The notes: generated by a model not told the origin, from the sequence alone. A stretch of DNA of 64,000 nt from Laetmonice hystrix (GCA_965235115.1 OZ249436.1:36272001-36336000), one strand, 5' to 3'; numbered from the stretch's first letter, positions 37,401 through 52,400 are shown. Made by a program: numbers and translations.

Positions 37401-40400
37401 TGTTTCTTGAATGCTGTAGGTGCAAAGTTCCTATTGTTTTGGTAAGGGGTAAATGATTAAAGCTATAAAAGAAACTGTTAATGAGATTATTTTGGTAAGG
37501 GGTAAACGAGGACTATTAAAGCTAAAAAGAAACTGTTAATGAGATGGTTGGGGCGAGTTGTACAGGAGTTCCCTTACCTGCACGGACATGGCTAGGTCCT
37601 GCTGCAGCTTGGCCTGAAAGTTGGTATCGCTGGTTCCGTGGAGAACAAAGTCAGACAGGTAATGCGGAGAGTAGCCGGCCAGCAGGGACCGACCAAAACT
37701 GCGCTCATATGACTGGGTGGCAAACGGTTCTTCACATGGCTCAGAGCTGAAAGATCATTAAGAAATTTTAATTTTAATTTCCCATGATCACTAAGATTTA
37801 CCAAAAAGAATCTTCAAACTTTGCTCACCATCAAGATACATCAAGTTAAAAATTTGACAATTTAAGTCTTTGTCTTTCAGTAATATCAAAAAAGTGATGT
37901 AAAAGGCAACATTCACGATACCTTGGCATGTTGACTTCCTTCAGGCTGAGAAAGAAGTCTGCATCTATACTGCTGCTGTTTGACAGAGACGAGGCATGGC
38001 GCCTCCGGCCGAGTTCAGTCGGAGTCACAGCTCTGTAACAACATATTATTGAATTACTTCCAACACAAGCTACTAACAAATCAGTGTGGAGAAAATATAT
38101 TCCAGTAGGTTTCGTTTCTCTTGTTTGAAACAAGACTGACCTGCATCTTCCGGGAGTTAATGTTGTAGTCGAAATGTTGCCTTTCTGGCTGTCTTGATGA
38201 ATAGAGTGGCCTTGAGTTTGCGCCATCACCAGCGCCTGAGGCCTGGCTACGTTTCTTCTCTCGGAAAGATGCTGGGAAATCTTAGTTTTTTCTTCTCTCT
38301 TCTCTTGACTAACTTCTGAGGTTTCCTCACCGAAATACTCGTCAAACATGGTGAGACTATTCTCCAAGGAATCAGGTGTTCCTTCAGTTTCACTCTTTGC
38401 CATCGTGCTGCCCTTCCCATCTTCTGTTACACATGTAAAATCTGGGCATGGCACATCAATGTATTCGTCAAATATACTGTTACTGCCCTCGATTGATGCC
38501 ATACGTTTGAAACGGTCCACTTTACATGGTAAAGGTGGTCTCGCCAAGCTCACCGGTTCTGAATCTTCAAAATATTCATCAAACATGCTGTTAGTCCGGC
38601 TGAATGCCACTGTCTTAACGGATCCCTGTGGCTTCGTTTCATCAGGGGTGGATCCAGGAACAGGGGCAGCTTGCTTACTGCTGGTGCTGTCAGAGTTTTC
38701 ACTTACTGTGTCTTCAGGTGTTGTGTCCAGAGACATAACCATGCCTTGTGAATCGGTCAGAAAGGTACCACTACCAGCGTCAAAAATCCCACTGTCATGG
38801 GCATACTCTGCACCCTGATGTAACTCAGATTTGTCTGTAACCTGCATCGCACCATCATTTCTGCAATCATCTTTATCTCTCAGCACAGTTGGCAAATCAT
38901 CGGCAGCCAACTCGGAGATGCCCGAGTCAGTAGCCATGGTGTACCTGCCGACATGGCGCACCCTTGCGTAGTATCTGTCCTCAGTGGGCTGTGTTGGGGA
39001 CATGTGACACCGAGGTCTCTCTCCCTCATCATTGCCACTAACATCGATTGTTAAATCGGTTTTACATTTCACATCCTGATCATCTCTATCAAAAGATGAT
39101 CTTCCAATATGTCTCACTCTATCCATTTTTACGTTCTCCTTTGCTAACTTTGGAGACCACTGACATTTTGCTTCAACGGGATCAGCCTCATAAATGCCAG
39201 AATCTGCTCTGATGGCTGCATCCTCTTCAAGGGGAAGTAACTGCAGCATTTGTGTTTCAATCTCTACAGCTTGGCATTGTACTGCTGCAATAGCCACTGG
39301 TGGTCCTGTTCTCGCTGGTCCATCTTCCTTGTTGGATGAACCATCATCCTCATCACATTCAGTGGTGCTAGGTCTATGTCTGACTGAAACTTTACATCCT
39401 GGTTCAAATGGCTGACGACATGGATTCTGGGCTACACCTTCAATCTGTCCTCCTCCTTCCCCTCCTCCCTTCAGTTTCACATTTACAGAATCCATCTCAA
39501 AGGAAACCACAGTAGATCCAGACATGGACATACAGCTCGTGCTGGAATCTGAGACAACACTTTCGGAGAGGTTTTTGATGGGAAGACACCGGCACTGACT
39601 TTCCTGGGAGCCCAGGTGAGGGGTTGTGCTGTGGGGCCTGCACTTACACCTGATGGGGCTCACGCTACTCCCGGCCACGCCCCCATCCAAACTGTCCTGC
39701 TGGACTGTGGCAGTCTGTGGAGAGGCTGTGTCTACCTCGTCTGGATTCAGACTCTCAAAGTCATGGGGAGGCTCGGCCCTCTCCAGCACCTCGCTGCACC
39801 GAATGAAGTAACTCAAAATGTAAAGCATCTTGGAGACAACGTCTGCCTTTCTGCCAATCACCACGGTACGAGACAATCTCAGCGGGAATCCAACAGCGCC
39901 ATACAGATCACTGGCGAACAAAGAAAAATAGCTTAGTCATTTCATTGGATAACTCACTTTTTCCATAAAAATTGATGACGTAGGGAATCGTTTAGAGGGA
40001 GAATTGCTATCTTAGGGTTAGACAGGAACTTAAGCCATTTAAACACTCACCCAAGTTGTGCCCACAATGGGTTATATGGATGAGACTTGGCCACGGCATC
40101 CAGCTGAAAATAAAAATATTAACCAATAATTCAAACATTCTCTCTACAAATAAACAAAATATACACACAAACTTAATAGAGAAAGTAGATAGCTACAGAA
40201 ATATCTTGATACAAATACTCTAGCACTGTAGAGTGGTCCAGCTAAGAAATATCTAAATCAGATTTTTCTTCTTAGTGCTAATGGTAGATTAACGTCTCGT
40301 TTGAGCTCCACTCCTGAACTCACCCACTTAGCAGAGTGTTTGTCAAGGTAGGCTCGAGAAGGTGTGGCTCCAGCAGGTGTCACCGTGGGAACCCAGGCCA

Positions 40401-43400
40401 GGTGATGAGTCAGCACTGTCGTGATGACAGTACTCAGGAAGCTGGAAGTAACCAACCACATGTACACAACACTACTCAAGTGGAAGTTCTACAATCAACT
40501 TATAATCACACTTCTTACATTCACCACCGTTGGGTCATTACATTGTGATGTTAAGCAGACTTTCTCTTTGTTGATTGCAAGACCGCTTCTGTAAATTTCA
40601 AGACAATCGTATACAAAATATTACACCAGTTTATACAGTAAAAGGTGTGTGGTTCTCTATGTACTCAAAGCTTATAATGTTACTTACAACTTGGTACTCT
40701 TGGTGTCATATTTTTCGACGGCTTGCATGAGTTCACGGAGAAACTTCTGACAGAGAACCACCCTGTGGGTGCTGTAAGACATCATGTTGAGCCAGACTGG
40801 TTCAGGAAGACGGGGAGCCAGGTACAGGTCCTCCAACAACAGTCGAAAGTTCTCCAAAGCCTGAAACATTTCAGTTTTATCTAACAGGCATAGCCATAAA
40901 AACGTGGGACATTTTAATATTTTCTACAATTGTCCTTTAAGGAAAAAAAAAGAAAAAGAAAAAGAGTACATGTGCTGGAAACTTCCATTCTGGAGGCTAT
41001 GTGTAGCTTACCTCTACTGTTTGATGGGCAAATGTTTTTCGGTGGTTATACATTGCCCACTCAACGGCAGCTTGAAGCTTTTTGAAGTGGCCCTCGACCA
41101 ATGTGATGTGAGAAAAAAAGAACTTCTGAAATGTCCTGAAAAAAAGGCAAAATACATGTTAACAAGCTGAATACTTCACTTCGTCTAGATGAGGATAAAA
41201 GTGTGTGCCTTGACATAGCTTGGACCATGCATCACATTTTACTTTTTTCGTCCCTAATCACATATGTTGGAACTCAACAATCTTAAATTGTGGAAAACAT
41301 GTTAACTTCTAAACTTTCTAGAGAGGGCTACATGAGGATAATATCGGGTGGATAAAAAAAAACGCCCCGAACTTTAAACTCCAATATTTCAAAAAGTATT
41401 GCTTGTAATTCAATGAAATTTTTTTTACTATCACTTCATGATGTTGTCTCTTAGTTGTTAATGTTACAACTCAATAGCTTGGATAATATTTCCGTAGCGC
41501 TAAAAACAAAAATCATTGTACAAAAGCGCAATACCGGGCTAAAGCGAGTGGTAGTCGCACCAGAGTCCCTGGCCTCACACTAGAGTAGGTGGTCAATCGG
41601 TCCCCCGTTTTCACTTCATACTGCTCTCAGTCTCTTTTTACATGCGCCAATGCACTTCCTGATCTCTGATAGGGAATTATCTTCCCATTATTGGGAAATA
41701 AGCAGCGTTCTGAACGTGTTTCTAAACGTGATAATGATACGATTTCCCTTAAACTTCTGGTTACAGTCATATCGTCCTAATGTTGCAGTTTCTCTGTAGG
41801 GTTTGGCAAATTAAACATCTGGGTTTCTCTAGAAGTACTAGGAATAGCACTTAATTTATTATATCCAGTGGTTCACAACATTATACATATTGTAAACCAT
41901 GCAAAAACTAAATATTGAAAACTTCTTTACCCAAGGTACAATGCGGTGCATCAAATAAGTGTCAAATTGGACACCTGGCAGCTGCATGATATTTGACCTA
42001 ATTCCGGCATTGTGTTTTTAGACACTGATTTTTGTTTTTAGTGCCACAGGATTAATATCAAAGCTATTGAGCTGAAACTTTAACATACAAGAGATAATAT
42101 CACGAAGTTATATTAACAAAAATTTTATTGAATTATAATGGATAGTTTTGAAGATATTAAAGTTTAAAGTTCGGGGCGTTTTTTTTATCCACCCGATATA
42201 TAGCATATATTAGGAACTGCCAAATCTAGTTTCTTCTTGCTGACTCTGTTAGCCCACTACAGACAGTGGCCAGCTTACCTCTGGGCCTCTCCCGTCTCAT
42301 CCTCCTTCATACTGAAGACGATGGCCATTCCAATTTTCACAGGTCGCTTGGCAGGTAGTACTGGCTGCTGTATTAACACAAAGTTACACAGTGATTATTA
42401 CCGGGGGTAACCATTTTTTGCCTTTTGGTTTCACAAACAGTATTTATTAATGTCTGGATGATGCAAAACATTTGAATGTAGCTCAAGGAGTAGCAGGACT
42501 TACGTCACAAATTCCTTCATCTGATTGACGTTTCAAGATGTTATGCTCCAGTGAGGTCTGCTGATTGCGCCGCCATCTTCGGTGAAGGCTCGTCAGGGAG
42601 TTGGAGTTCATGCTGGACGAACTGGAAGGCGTGGGGATGGATGTGGTCAAACTGCTGGCATTGGAGTTGACCGAGGTAGAGAAACCACTGTCCTCGGCCT
42701 CTAGGGCCAGTTCACGGTTAGGTGGAGTCGGGACATCGACTGGCACGCTGTGGGCTGTAAGGTCACACATATGCAACACCTCAATATCTTCACTTTCTTG
42801 CTGTCTTTTGGGTATGCCTCTACTAAGTTGGTAAATACTAATAAATACTACTCTACAGTTTTACTAACATTACAAACTTCTCTTTGAAAGATGGCATGCA
42901 TTATTAGTCCTAGGTTATCACAATTTATGCTATAGGTGTTTAGCTTGAAGGTTTTACCTATAGATGTTGCGGTACCAAAGCCTCCCGATATTCTCTGAGG
43001 TGTTGTAAGGTCACATGGAGTTGTGTAATTGAGGCTACATGAGTCGAGGCTCTCTCCCTCACCAGTCGACTCTCTGGTTGGTCGAGCCACTGGGATGAAG
43101 ACCTTACTCAGCATGAGCTGTGGAGGCGAGCGGATGTTGTGAACCTTCAGGGTCGAACCCCTGTAGGCCAGGGCAACTGACCCGAACACCATCTCCTCCA
43201 ACATCTTGGTATCGGAGCCCGGTCTGGTGAACTACAACAAACCATGGTTACCATCTATAAAGTCAAAGGGATCACTGCAGTAGTAAATTTACATTCACAT
43301 TCTGGCTTTTTGTCAATCCGTCATTGAAAAATAGCTGCAAACTTGACATGATGCAGAACTTTGGAAGGACTTACAGTGTATTTAGGTGTTGTGCCATCAG

Positions 43401-46400
43401 GAGCTGGAGGTGGTTTCCTTTGGCTGCATGTGAACCGGCAAGCCTTCTTGTCTTCCTAATAATACAAAAAGTATTATGATTTCAGAACTCACATTAGCAT
43501 TATTTCTTTTGTTACTTGGGTTACCTTCAACTATTCATCACCACAGACTTTGTCAACAAATTTGATACATATGAATGTTAAGTGATCCTGAAATAGTTGC
43601 TAAACAATAAAAGGGGAAACCACTGACATGAAATTACTACTTTGGAAAACAAACTGTGCGGTATTTGGGAGACAATACTCAAGCTTGAATACAAGTAGCC
43701 AGGCTTTATGTTTAAACTTCTGATAAACCATTTTCTCTAAACTCAGTGGATTAAACACAGATCTGTGTTTATCAGTAATTCTTCCTATTATAGGCCATCA
43801 GTATTACCTGGTCAGTGTCCACAACACGGTGAACTGCTTTCGAATCAAAAATGAGATTACGGCCCTTGAGGTCATGATCTCTGTAGAGGACAAGTCGGAT
43901 TTGTTTGGTGTCTAACGCTGGCTCGTTCCAACTGTAACAATGTCAATGATGGTAGAAAAGATTAGAACAAGGGAGACACGATCAAGTTCCATTTCTGTTA
44001 CACTGTTATATAAAATTTCAAAATATAATCCTTGTTCACGAAGTAAGTACTACAGACATGGTCAGTCGATATCCTACTACAATATCTGACTACTTGAGCC
44101 TGAGGCATACTATAGTTCACCTGTGACAGCTAGCCTGTGTCACAGATACTACTGGGTTAAATCACTTAAGGTGACCCACCTGACACATTCATTATTCATT
44201 AATCCCTACATTTTCTTTGGGTTCCCCTGTGGCACTACCCCTATTGTAAACCCATGGGAAACGACTGATGTAACATTCTATTTATAGCATTCATTCCGAT
44301 GATAATACATTACACATATGAACAAGGAAGTCTTGAATTACACACTCCCACAGGCCCAGGTACGGGTACTTGTATTTACACAGGTCTGGTTCAAGGTCCT
44401 CACTCATCAACCTTGTGGGATGTGCAAACACTGACACACCACGCACACAGACCCTTATTTAATGCCTCACTTAATCCTACTTCACCCTATAGATACTAAT
44501 ATTCTCTATTTAGTCACAATCGGACAGTTACTACTGACTGGGTCCTGAAACACACTTTTAATTTCAAACCCACAGATAAAATGTTCAACGCTACCATTAC
44601 TGGATTATTAACTTGGATAAACATGCCACAATTTGGCTGTTTTAAAAATAACTGCTCTTTAATGGCTTAAAATGTATCCCTATATGTGAAGTGAGATACA
44701 CTATTCTTTTAGAGAAGATTATACTTTCCTATATATACTACCGGTAATTCGATTTAAAAAAAAAAAGAACTCTACCCTACAAATGGAGTTTAGCCTGGTG
44801 ACATTTTTCTTGTTATATGCTCTGTGTTTGCATCCTGCTTCATTCCAGTAATCGCTGCGGGATTACTGTGCAAAGTCTAGCTCTATCCCACATCCCTGTG
44901 TCAACTAAATGATACAGTGGAGTCAGATGCTAGGGTACATCACATTGTCCAGAGTTTAATTGTTTTATTAACTTCTGTCTAAATTTGAAAATAGGAGTCA
45001 TACAAATGGATTTCCTGAGACAACATTACTTCAATATTGACTCCTTTGTTTTCTTTTGATTGTTTTATCCATGCACTTTCAAAAATTGTATTGGTGAATT
45101 CAATAAGGGCCCAAGTCCACCTTCTTTCGAAAGTCATGTTTTGCATGACTAAGTCTTGGGCTCTTTAGGTAACAAAGTTTTAGTTTGTGTGCAAGAAAGT
45201 CTCAACTCTCAGCAATGACTGGGTTTATTCTTAATGTATAAATAATACTTTATTTGAGACAGCGAGTTCAAGAAAGGCCCAAGTCCAGGAGTTGGGCCTA
45301 AAGTTCTTGAACTCAAGTAAATTTTGTCTCATGTCTCATTGTCTCATGTTGGCCTTTATTGAATTCACCGATTCAATTGTGACGTGGGAAAATAAAGGCC
45401 TGTCTTCCTCCCTCCCCCCCCCCCCCCCCACCCGGTATCATCTGTCTTCCTCCCCCCACCCGGTATCATCTGTCTTCCTCCCCCCACCCGGTATCATCTG
45501 TCTTCCTCCCCCCACCCGGTATCATCTGTCTTCCTCCCCCCCCCCCCCCACCCGGTATCATCTGTCTTCCTCCCCCCCCCTCCCCCCCACCCGGTATCAT
45601 CTGTCTTCCTCCCCCCACCCGGTATCATCTGTCTTCCTCCCCCCACCCGGTATCATCTGTCTTCCTCCCCCCCCCCCCACCCGGTATCATCTGTCTTCCT
45701 CCCCCCACCCGGTATCATCTGTCTTCCTCCCCCCACCCGGTATCATCTGTCTTCCTCCCCCCACCCGGTATCATCTGTCTTCCTCCCCCCACCCGGTATC
45801 ATCTGTCTTCCTCCCCCCACCCGGTATCATCTGTCTTCCTCCCCCCACCCGGTATCATCTGTCTTCCTCCCCCCACCCGGTATCATCTGTCTTCCTCCCC
45901 CCCCCCACCCGGTATCATCTGTCTTCCTCCCCCCACCCGGTATCATCTGTCTTCCTCCCCCCACCCGGTATCATCTGTCTTCCTCCCCCCCCCCACCCGG
46001 TATCATCTGTCTTCCTCCCCCCCCCACCCGGTATCATCTGCCCGTCACATGGCTGATACCACCAGGTCAGGATGATAATGATGATGATAACATTGTACAC
46101 ATGGTTCCACTTATGGAAAACACCACGTCTGTGTCAGTCACATCAGTTGTACTGGTCACGTACTGAGATGGGCGGACAACATAAGGCAACCTTAAAAAGT
46201 CACCACTCTTTAATCTATCCTCAGTTCACTAAGGAATAATCAGCAACGCTGATCACTTTTTGTACAAATTACAAACTTGGGTAAATACTGACCATTTAGG
46301 CTGCAGACAAGGCGATACTTTTAGACTCATATTTTACATATATTTTTAAATTTAGATATAATTTTCTAGACTGCAGTTTATAATCATTCAGTGCATGTGA

Positions 46401-49400
46401 TAATACTGATTACGTGGTTTCACAGAAAAAGGAGCACATCTTGAAGATGCGATTTTTAAAGATATTCTAGAAAGCTATTGCTTGAATGGCTTAAAGTATT
46501 AACAGCATTACAATTATGTGACTACGACTTCCAGGTATTGTATCCTTGCTAGCTCAGGAGGGGCTGGATTGGTGGAGGGTGTGGTGGGTCCTGCTCACTT
46601 AAGTTATACCTGGCCGTCAGAACATAATGTACTGTTTATTTGATAACTGTTTATCCTAGACAGACCTCAAACAACAGCAAACTTGTTCATGTCTGCTGCA
46701 GTATGGAAAGATTGCCCCCCCCCCCGCTTGGACTGAGTGCAACATGATTTTGTGACATGCAATTTGTCAGGCATGTCCGTCCTGTCAACTACTCTGTTTA
46801 ACCTATTTTGACCAAGGAAATAGAGTTCAGTAAATAACACACATCCTTGGAGCGCAGCACTGCACAGACAACACATCCCCAGGTCCTTATAAATTTAGCC
46901 GAGGATGCTGAGGTGAACCCCGCCTGAAGCTGGCGGAGAAATCGACAAGAAACAGTGGCTTGGCCCAGACCTGGCATCATGCCAACTGCTCTACTTAGAC
47001 CAACTCATGTGACACTGACCCATAGGGCTGCTCCGGCCTACGACTCACAGCCCTACCAGTGCGGAAACTACACCTGTACTTTGGGCCTATCATCAACACA
47101 ACTCTGTTCACATCGCCGGTATTTTTCACTATAATTAACTTCAATTTACAGAACATTTAGACATAACTTAGTTCGTATTTATATTTAATACGGCATACAA
47201 AGTACATATAACAGAAGTTTCCATATGTATATGTACACCACTAGGATATAGGTAGACATAGCTGTTATGACCTAAAGACTTTGATCACTCAAGATCAAGC
47301 ATATAGGGAGCACTCATATTTAAAACTTCTGTCATAAATATTCAAATTCATGAACCAGATAAATTTCTCCAAACTTGGACTTACATTGATTTTCCACATC
47401 CTAGAACTTTCAGGAATGATCCTGTGTCTACTGATGCATGGTACGAAGTTACTTCCTGGAACTGGGAGTCAACTTTGCCCAGCAAAATTAAACATCCTCT
47501 ACAGTGTGCCCAAACCGCAAATATGCATGCAATAGAGCATCACTACACAGGTTTTAAAAAACCTGGCGGCATAAAGTTACTGGTCGTATAACTGTGTCAG
47601 CTCCACTGTTTTCACTGCTATGCCTGAACTTACCAGGCTTACCTGCAAAGATGAATGTCAATTTCTGACGTCCCACCTAAATCTGAATTGTTGTCAGATC
47701 ACCCCAGTGTCTACTCCAGACAAACTGCCATTTATTATTAGAGCCAGAACTGCTGACAGTCTGGAGTTTAGCTGTGAGTCTAGAAAGCCATCAACAGATA
47801 GTCTGAGGGATCAGGCTGGGATTTGTGTGTCATGAGAGAATGTTTCATTATGCAGAAACTAATGGGATTTTCATATTTTTTATGAGAGAATATCTCAAAG
47901 ATCACAACAATATGGAGATATTACTGTACTGGACCATAAACACACTTAACTTTATTTCTGTTGAAAATAAAATGGGCATTATATTCCCAGTGCATGTATA
48001 TTCGCCTCTAAATACAAGTGAATGCCTGAACTTGATCATTACCTGTTGTCACTACCTGCAACAGTGTCATAACATCTCAGAAATAGACACCACCCATTAT
48101 TGCGGGGAATTAAAAAATGACGTAATCCATAAAAGAGTAAGGAGATTTTCACATTTCAGGAAAAGTTATGGAATTTTTGTTGTTTTTATGGGAGAATATC
48201 TCAATATCGCGATCCCCGAGTCTCATCTCACCTGGCTGCAAAAGATCACTAGACTTTCACCTTCTCTCAACTAAAATCCTTCCTTTATTTTATTTCCCAA
48301 TAATTATAAAATTCAATCTTCAGAGCATCTGTAAAATTCCCAAAATCTGCTTTAAAATTTAAATTTAATTTTTATTTAAATTTAATTTAATTTTATTTAA
48401 ATTTAAGGATTAACAACCTTAGCCACTGGCAGAAACAGCCATACTTTACTGCCCCCCTCCCCCCGCCCCCTCAGCAATCAGACCGAGGGAGAAAACGTTG
48501 TGACTCCAAGTGACACTGACAGCAACTGATCCGACAGGCAGGTGTTGTCTGTATCTCACCGACAGCCGGCCCAGCAACTTGAACAGGTCCCCTGGACAGG
48601 TTTGGATGGGGGAGGGGGAAGAGGGACTAGAAGATTGTTGAAAGACTAGGTACATATTAAATCATCATGTACAAACTAATCACAACGGTTTGGGAAGGAT
48701 CTAAATACAGTTTACTCTTTAATGTACGCCAATGCTAATATACCGTATGTGTTCTTAGTAGTGTTTTCCAATATTTTATACTAGAAAGCTATGATAACTC
48801 CTGAAACTGGTATGAAAGTACGTGTACGAGTTCTATAAATAGAATAGGATCACATGACAGCATCACCAGATTCTGGCACAATTTCATGTCAGTGGGCCAT
48901 TGTTTAGGTCAAGCAAAAAACACGTATTGTGACTGAGTGCTTGAGCTATGTACTATCACACATCGGCCAGCCTGGGCATCCTTGACAACCTCGGATGAAC
49001 AGACCCTGATCAGGTTAGCAGACATAGACCCTGGTCTAGACACGAAACCTGCCGTCTTCACTCAGAAAAACAATGAGAAGCACGAAGCAGCTGCATGAAA
49101 TAAATATAATTCAGTGTTTTCTGCCTTGCTGAGAAAAGGATGTAACTAACTGTCAGAGCAGCTCTAGGTGACATAACAATCTTTCCTCACTATGATTTGA
49201 CAGATAAAGCATTAAATTAAATTAATCTTACGTAATTCTAAGTAGTTTGTAATCAAGATTACTAACTAATATTCTGGATGAAACGGTATCCTAGTGTTCT
49301 CACTCACTGAGATTGTAGCCCACTAACATGTAAATTGTGAAGAGTGGACACTGGCACGTAAATTGGCCTGTCACACCTTTACTTACTCCCACAGGCTCTC

Positions 49401-52400
49401 CCAAAATCTCAACCTTGGGGCTGGTTCAAATCGGTCAACATCACTCAGATAGAGCACCATTGTCTTGGAGCTCAAGGGGACCATCAAACTTCCAGTCAGG
49501 AAATGGCACAACTGTTTCAGTAAACATCCTGCAGACCAAAACTTTCAGCCCTGCCCAGGTCCTTAATTACACTTATAAATGACAGTCAGTTTCCTGAATT
49601 CATGGCCGACAAGAATAATAGCAAACATGAAGAGAAACATGTCTGACTATCGACACAAGTGCCTCGGTTCCAGGTGTGGCAGGCCCATTCCATGTGGCCT
49701 CACATGACCTGTAAACAACGGCTCACATGACTGTCAACCTCGCCCTGTGGGCTGGGGCCACCAGCTCAAGGATACAGGCCGACTGAACCTACAAACCTGT
49801 CCAATCACTGGATCAATCTACATCAGCCCCACGTGATAGTTAACAGGACACTCTAGTGTACTATCATATCAGTATCACACACACACATGCATTATTTTAA
49901 TATTTTTTACCTGCTAGGCTGCTACTATTCTAACAAACCTACCAAATTTATGTGTCTAAAACTAAAATATTGTGGCCAGGCATCTTACAAAACTTTTGCA
50001 CTAATTATTGTTCTATTTTTATTATAATTAGTCCAACTAGAACAATACCACGTAAGTCCGCTGGGTCCTGATACTGCAGGTCGAGACGATAAATCCGACA
50101 TTTCTTGCTGCTAATCAGCTTTCTCCTCCCAACATTGGCAAAAGCAAGGGAGTCTTTTGTTGATCCACTACTACTTTAAACAAATCATACTTGACTGTTG
50201 AAAAATACCACGGCACCAAGTTCAGGTGGGACTCTCAGTGAAATGACCAACAGTTCCAGACTGTCATAACACCAACTTTCCGATCTGATAATTCAGAACT
50301 TTATAACGTTTCTGTACTAGCATTTTTTTCACCTGTAAATTTGGTAAAATTTACCTAAGAAAGAACCAAGTTTTCTGCACTAGTGTCAGAGTTCTCCTCG
50401 ACTGAACTTTCAAGTTACATAACATTGATAACAAATATCCTTTCAATGACCCTTGTGTACTCCCATGCAGCTTGGGTTAAATTTGATGAACAGGAACAAC
50501 CTACCTTATCAAGCCACCAGTATTACAATGGTCATTTGGCGTGTTAACAGAACTCGAAAAAGTACGGAATTTTCTTGGCTGAGAAAATTCTTCCAAGTAC
50601 TCTTTCAAGAATCCTAATCGTCCCATGTCTTTTTTTGTTTTAAATATCCAAGGTGCTCTTTCACATGACCCCCAGGTCTGCAGAGAGTCTACAATTGTCC
50701 ACTTGATGGCTGGTTACCACCAGTCAATATCATCCTATGTGATTACCTTGTGACACAATGTCATGTGCCTCAGAATCACCATGCAGAGAATGCTAGTCTC
50801 TACAAGAATGCCACCTGACATTACTCATGGGGTATTGCAATCAAGGCTTGTTTAGTTCAGGTTGAAGAAAAATGTTAACACCTCTTGTTTTCCTTCATTT
50901 GGTAGACCTTCTCTTTTCCATCCAAATCCTTTTGGAATTTAGTGTTTTGTCCTGTGCATCAGTAGTGTTCCACATCCCTAGTGTAGACTAGTGTAGAATA
51001 CCAGCCTCATGAGTTGTGCCACAGACTACACTGGACCCTTTCACTTATCAGAGGTCATGTCATGTGCCTCTCATGTCTGGCTTACTCAGCTGATAACAAT
51101 CATGAGCATACTTCAGCTTAAACCAAATCATAGATTACCCTTTGTAAAATTGTAGTATCTTTAGATTTTCAACAAACATTTACATAGAGCCACAAAAATG
51201 AAAGGGGTTTGACCTGGACATATTCTTCAAGGTGCAAAATTACCTGCTTCATATCACAAATCGTGACAGTAAGTGATGAATTATGCAATTCAAATACGAA
51301 AATGGTTTGCAATGTCTGCAAAGTGTCATATGACATGGATAATTCTTTTACTGCTCCCACTATGGAATTTTACTAGATCGAACCGATTCAAAAATTTCAA
51401 TTTGCTATTCAATTCTTAGTAGTTCCTAGTCATTTCTGTAATTTATTAGCTTACCAACTAACTGCTAATCATGTTTTCTTAATTATTTTGCATCTTGTTT
51501 TTATCTTACACTACAGGCTCAGTGCATAAATAATTTAGCCATACCATCATATGTAACCCCCCCCCCCCCCCAAGAAAACCGTGCAACAAATATTTCTTCA
51601 CCACCTTCACCTTACACATTTAGGGTTTTTGCAAAAAACATACTCTTTAAATTATTATCCCTTGTGTAACATCAAACTCTCAAACTGATGATGTAGTTAC
51701 AGAATCAATGCAATGAATTTGTTTCCATTAGAATCTGGCTGAGGTGTTGTAAACATATTGATATGGGGGGAGGGCTGTTGCTCTGATCAGACGGCACTGC
51801 TGATGTTACTGTTTGATTGTAAATTCTATGCCTACCAATATTGGCAATAACATCACTTTATATTACTGCTTGACACTGCCCTAATTAGCCTAAATTTGTA
51901 ACAACTGTCACTCTGTGTACACCAGTTTTACTTATCTTGGCCAAAAATTAGGTGAGCTTAGCCTTAGCTTAGGCTAAGAGTAAGACCGATATGGCGATGA
52001 GTAGGAGTATTACTCTATTTTCACTCAGTCTCAGCCTCAGGCACTAACTAGTAACAGTGAGACGTTTCAATCGTTTACTTCATTACGACATTGGTACATT
52101 CATTAGTCACTAACACTCCGTTTACTTAAAAAGTTTAGGATATATATATACACTGATACAGGTATTAGTTTATTTTTCTCACCAACGACATGTTATTGTT
52201 ATGGCCTGAATCATGGGCATATGATTTTTCAGAAACTGATTTCTGTCCTCGTCAGTCTCATACCTACGTGAATCACGCTTCATGAGAACCCGGTTTGTTT
52301 ATGACTAGTAGTTGTAGTAGACGCTAGTACTAGGCCTACACTGTCTGCAGTACATGGACGACGCCGAAGGTGTGACCGACTGTTGACTGTGTGTAGCGTG

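Larger units (their letters stand above)
48850..51067. promoter_or_regulatory. Cluster of M-box/CLEAR-like E-boxes in FNIP intron 1
   Basis: TCACATGAC at 48850, 49700, 49723 and 50661; GTCATGTGC at 50760 and 51059; CACGTGA at 49830; GTAAACA (forkhead) at 49711. Confidence 0.55.

Noticed and set aside
38348..39936. Plus-strand ORFs of 61-156 aa
   Set aside because: Antisense shadows of the large FNIP exon.
45292..46056. 254-aa Pro-rich ORF
   Set aside because: It is the translation of the 28-bp minisatellite, antisense within FNIP intron 1.
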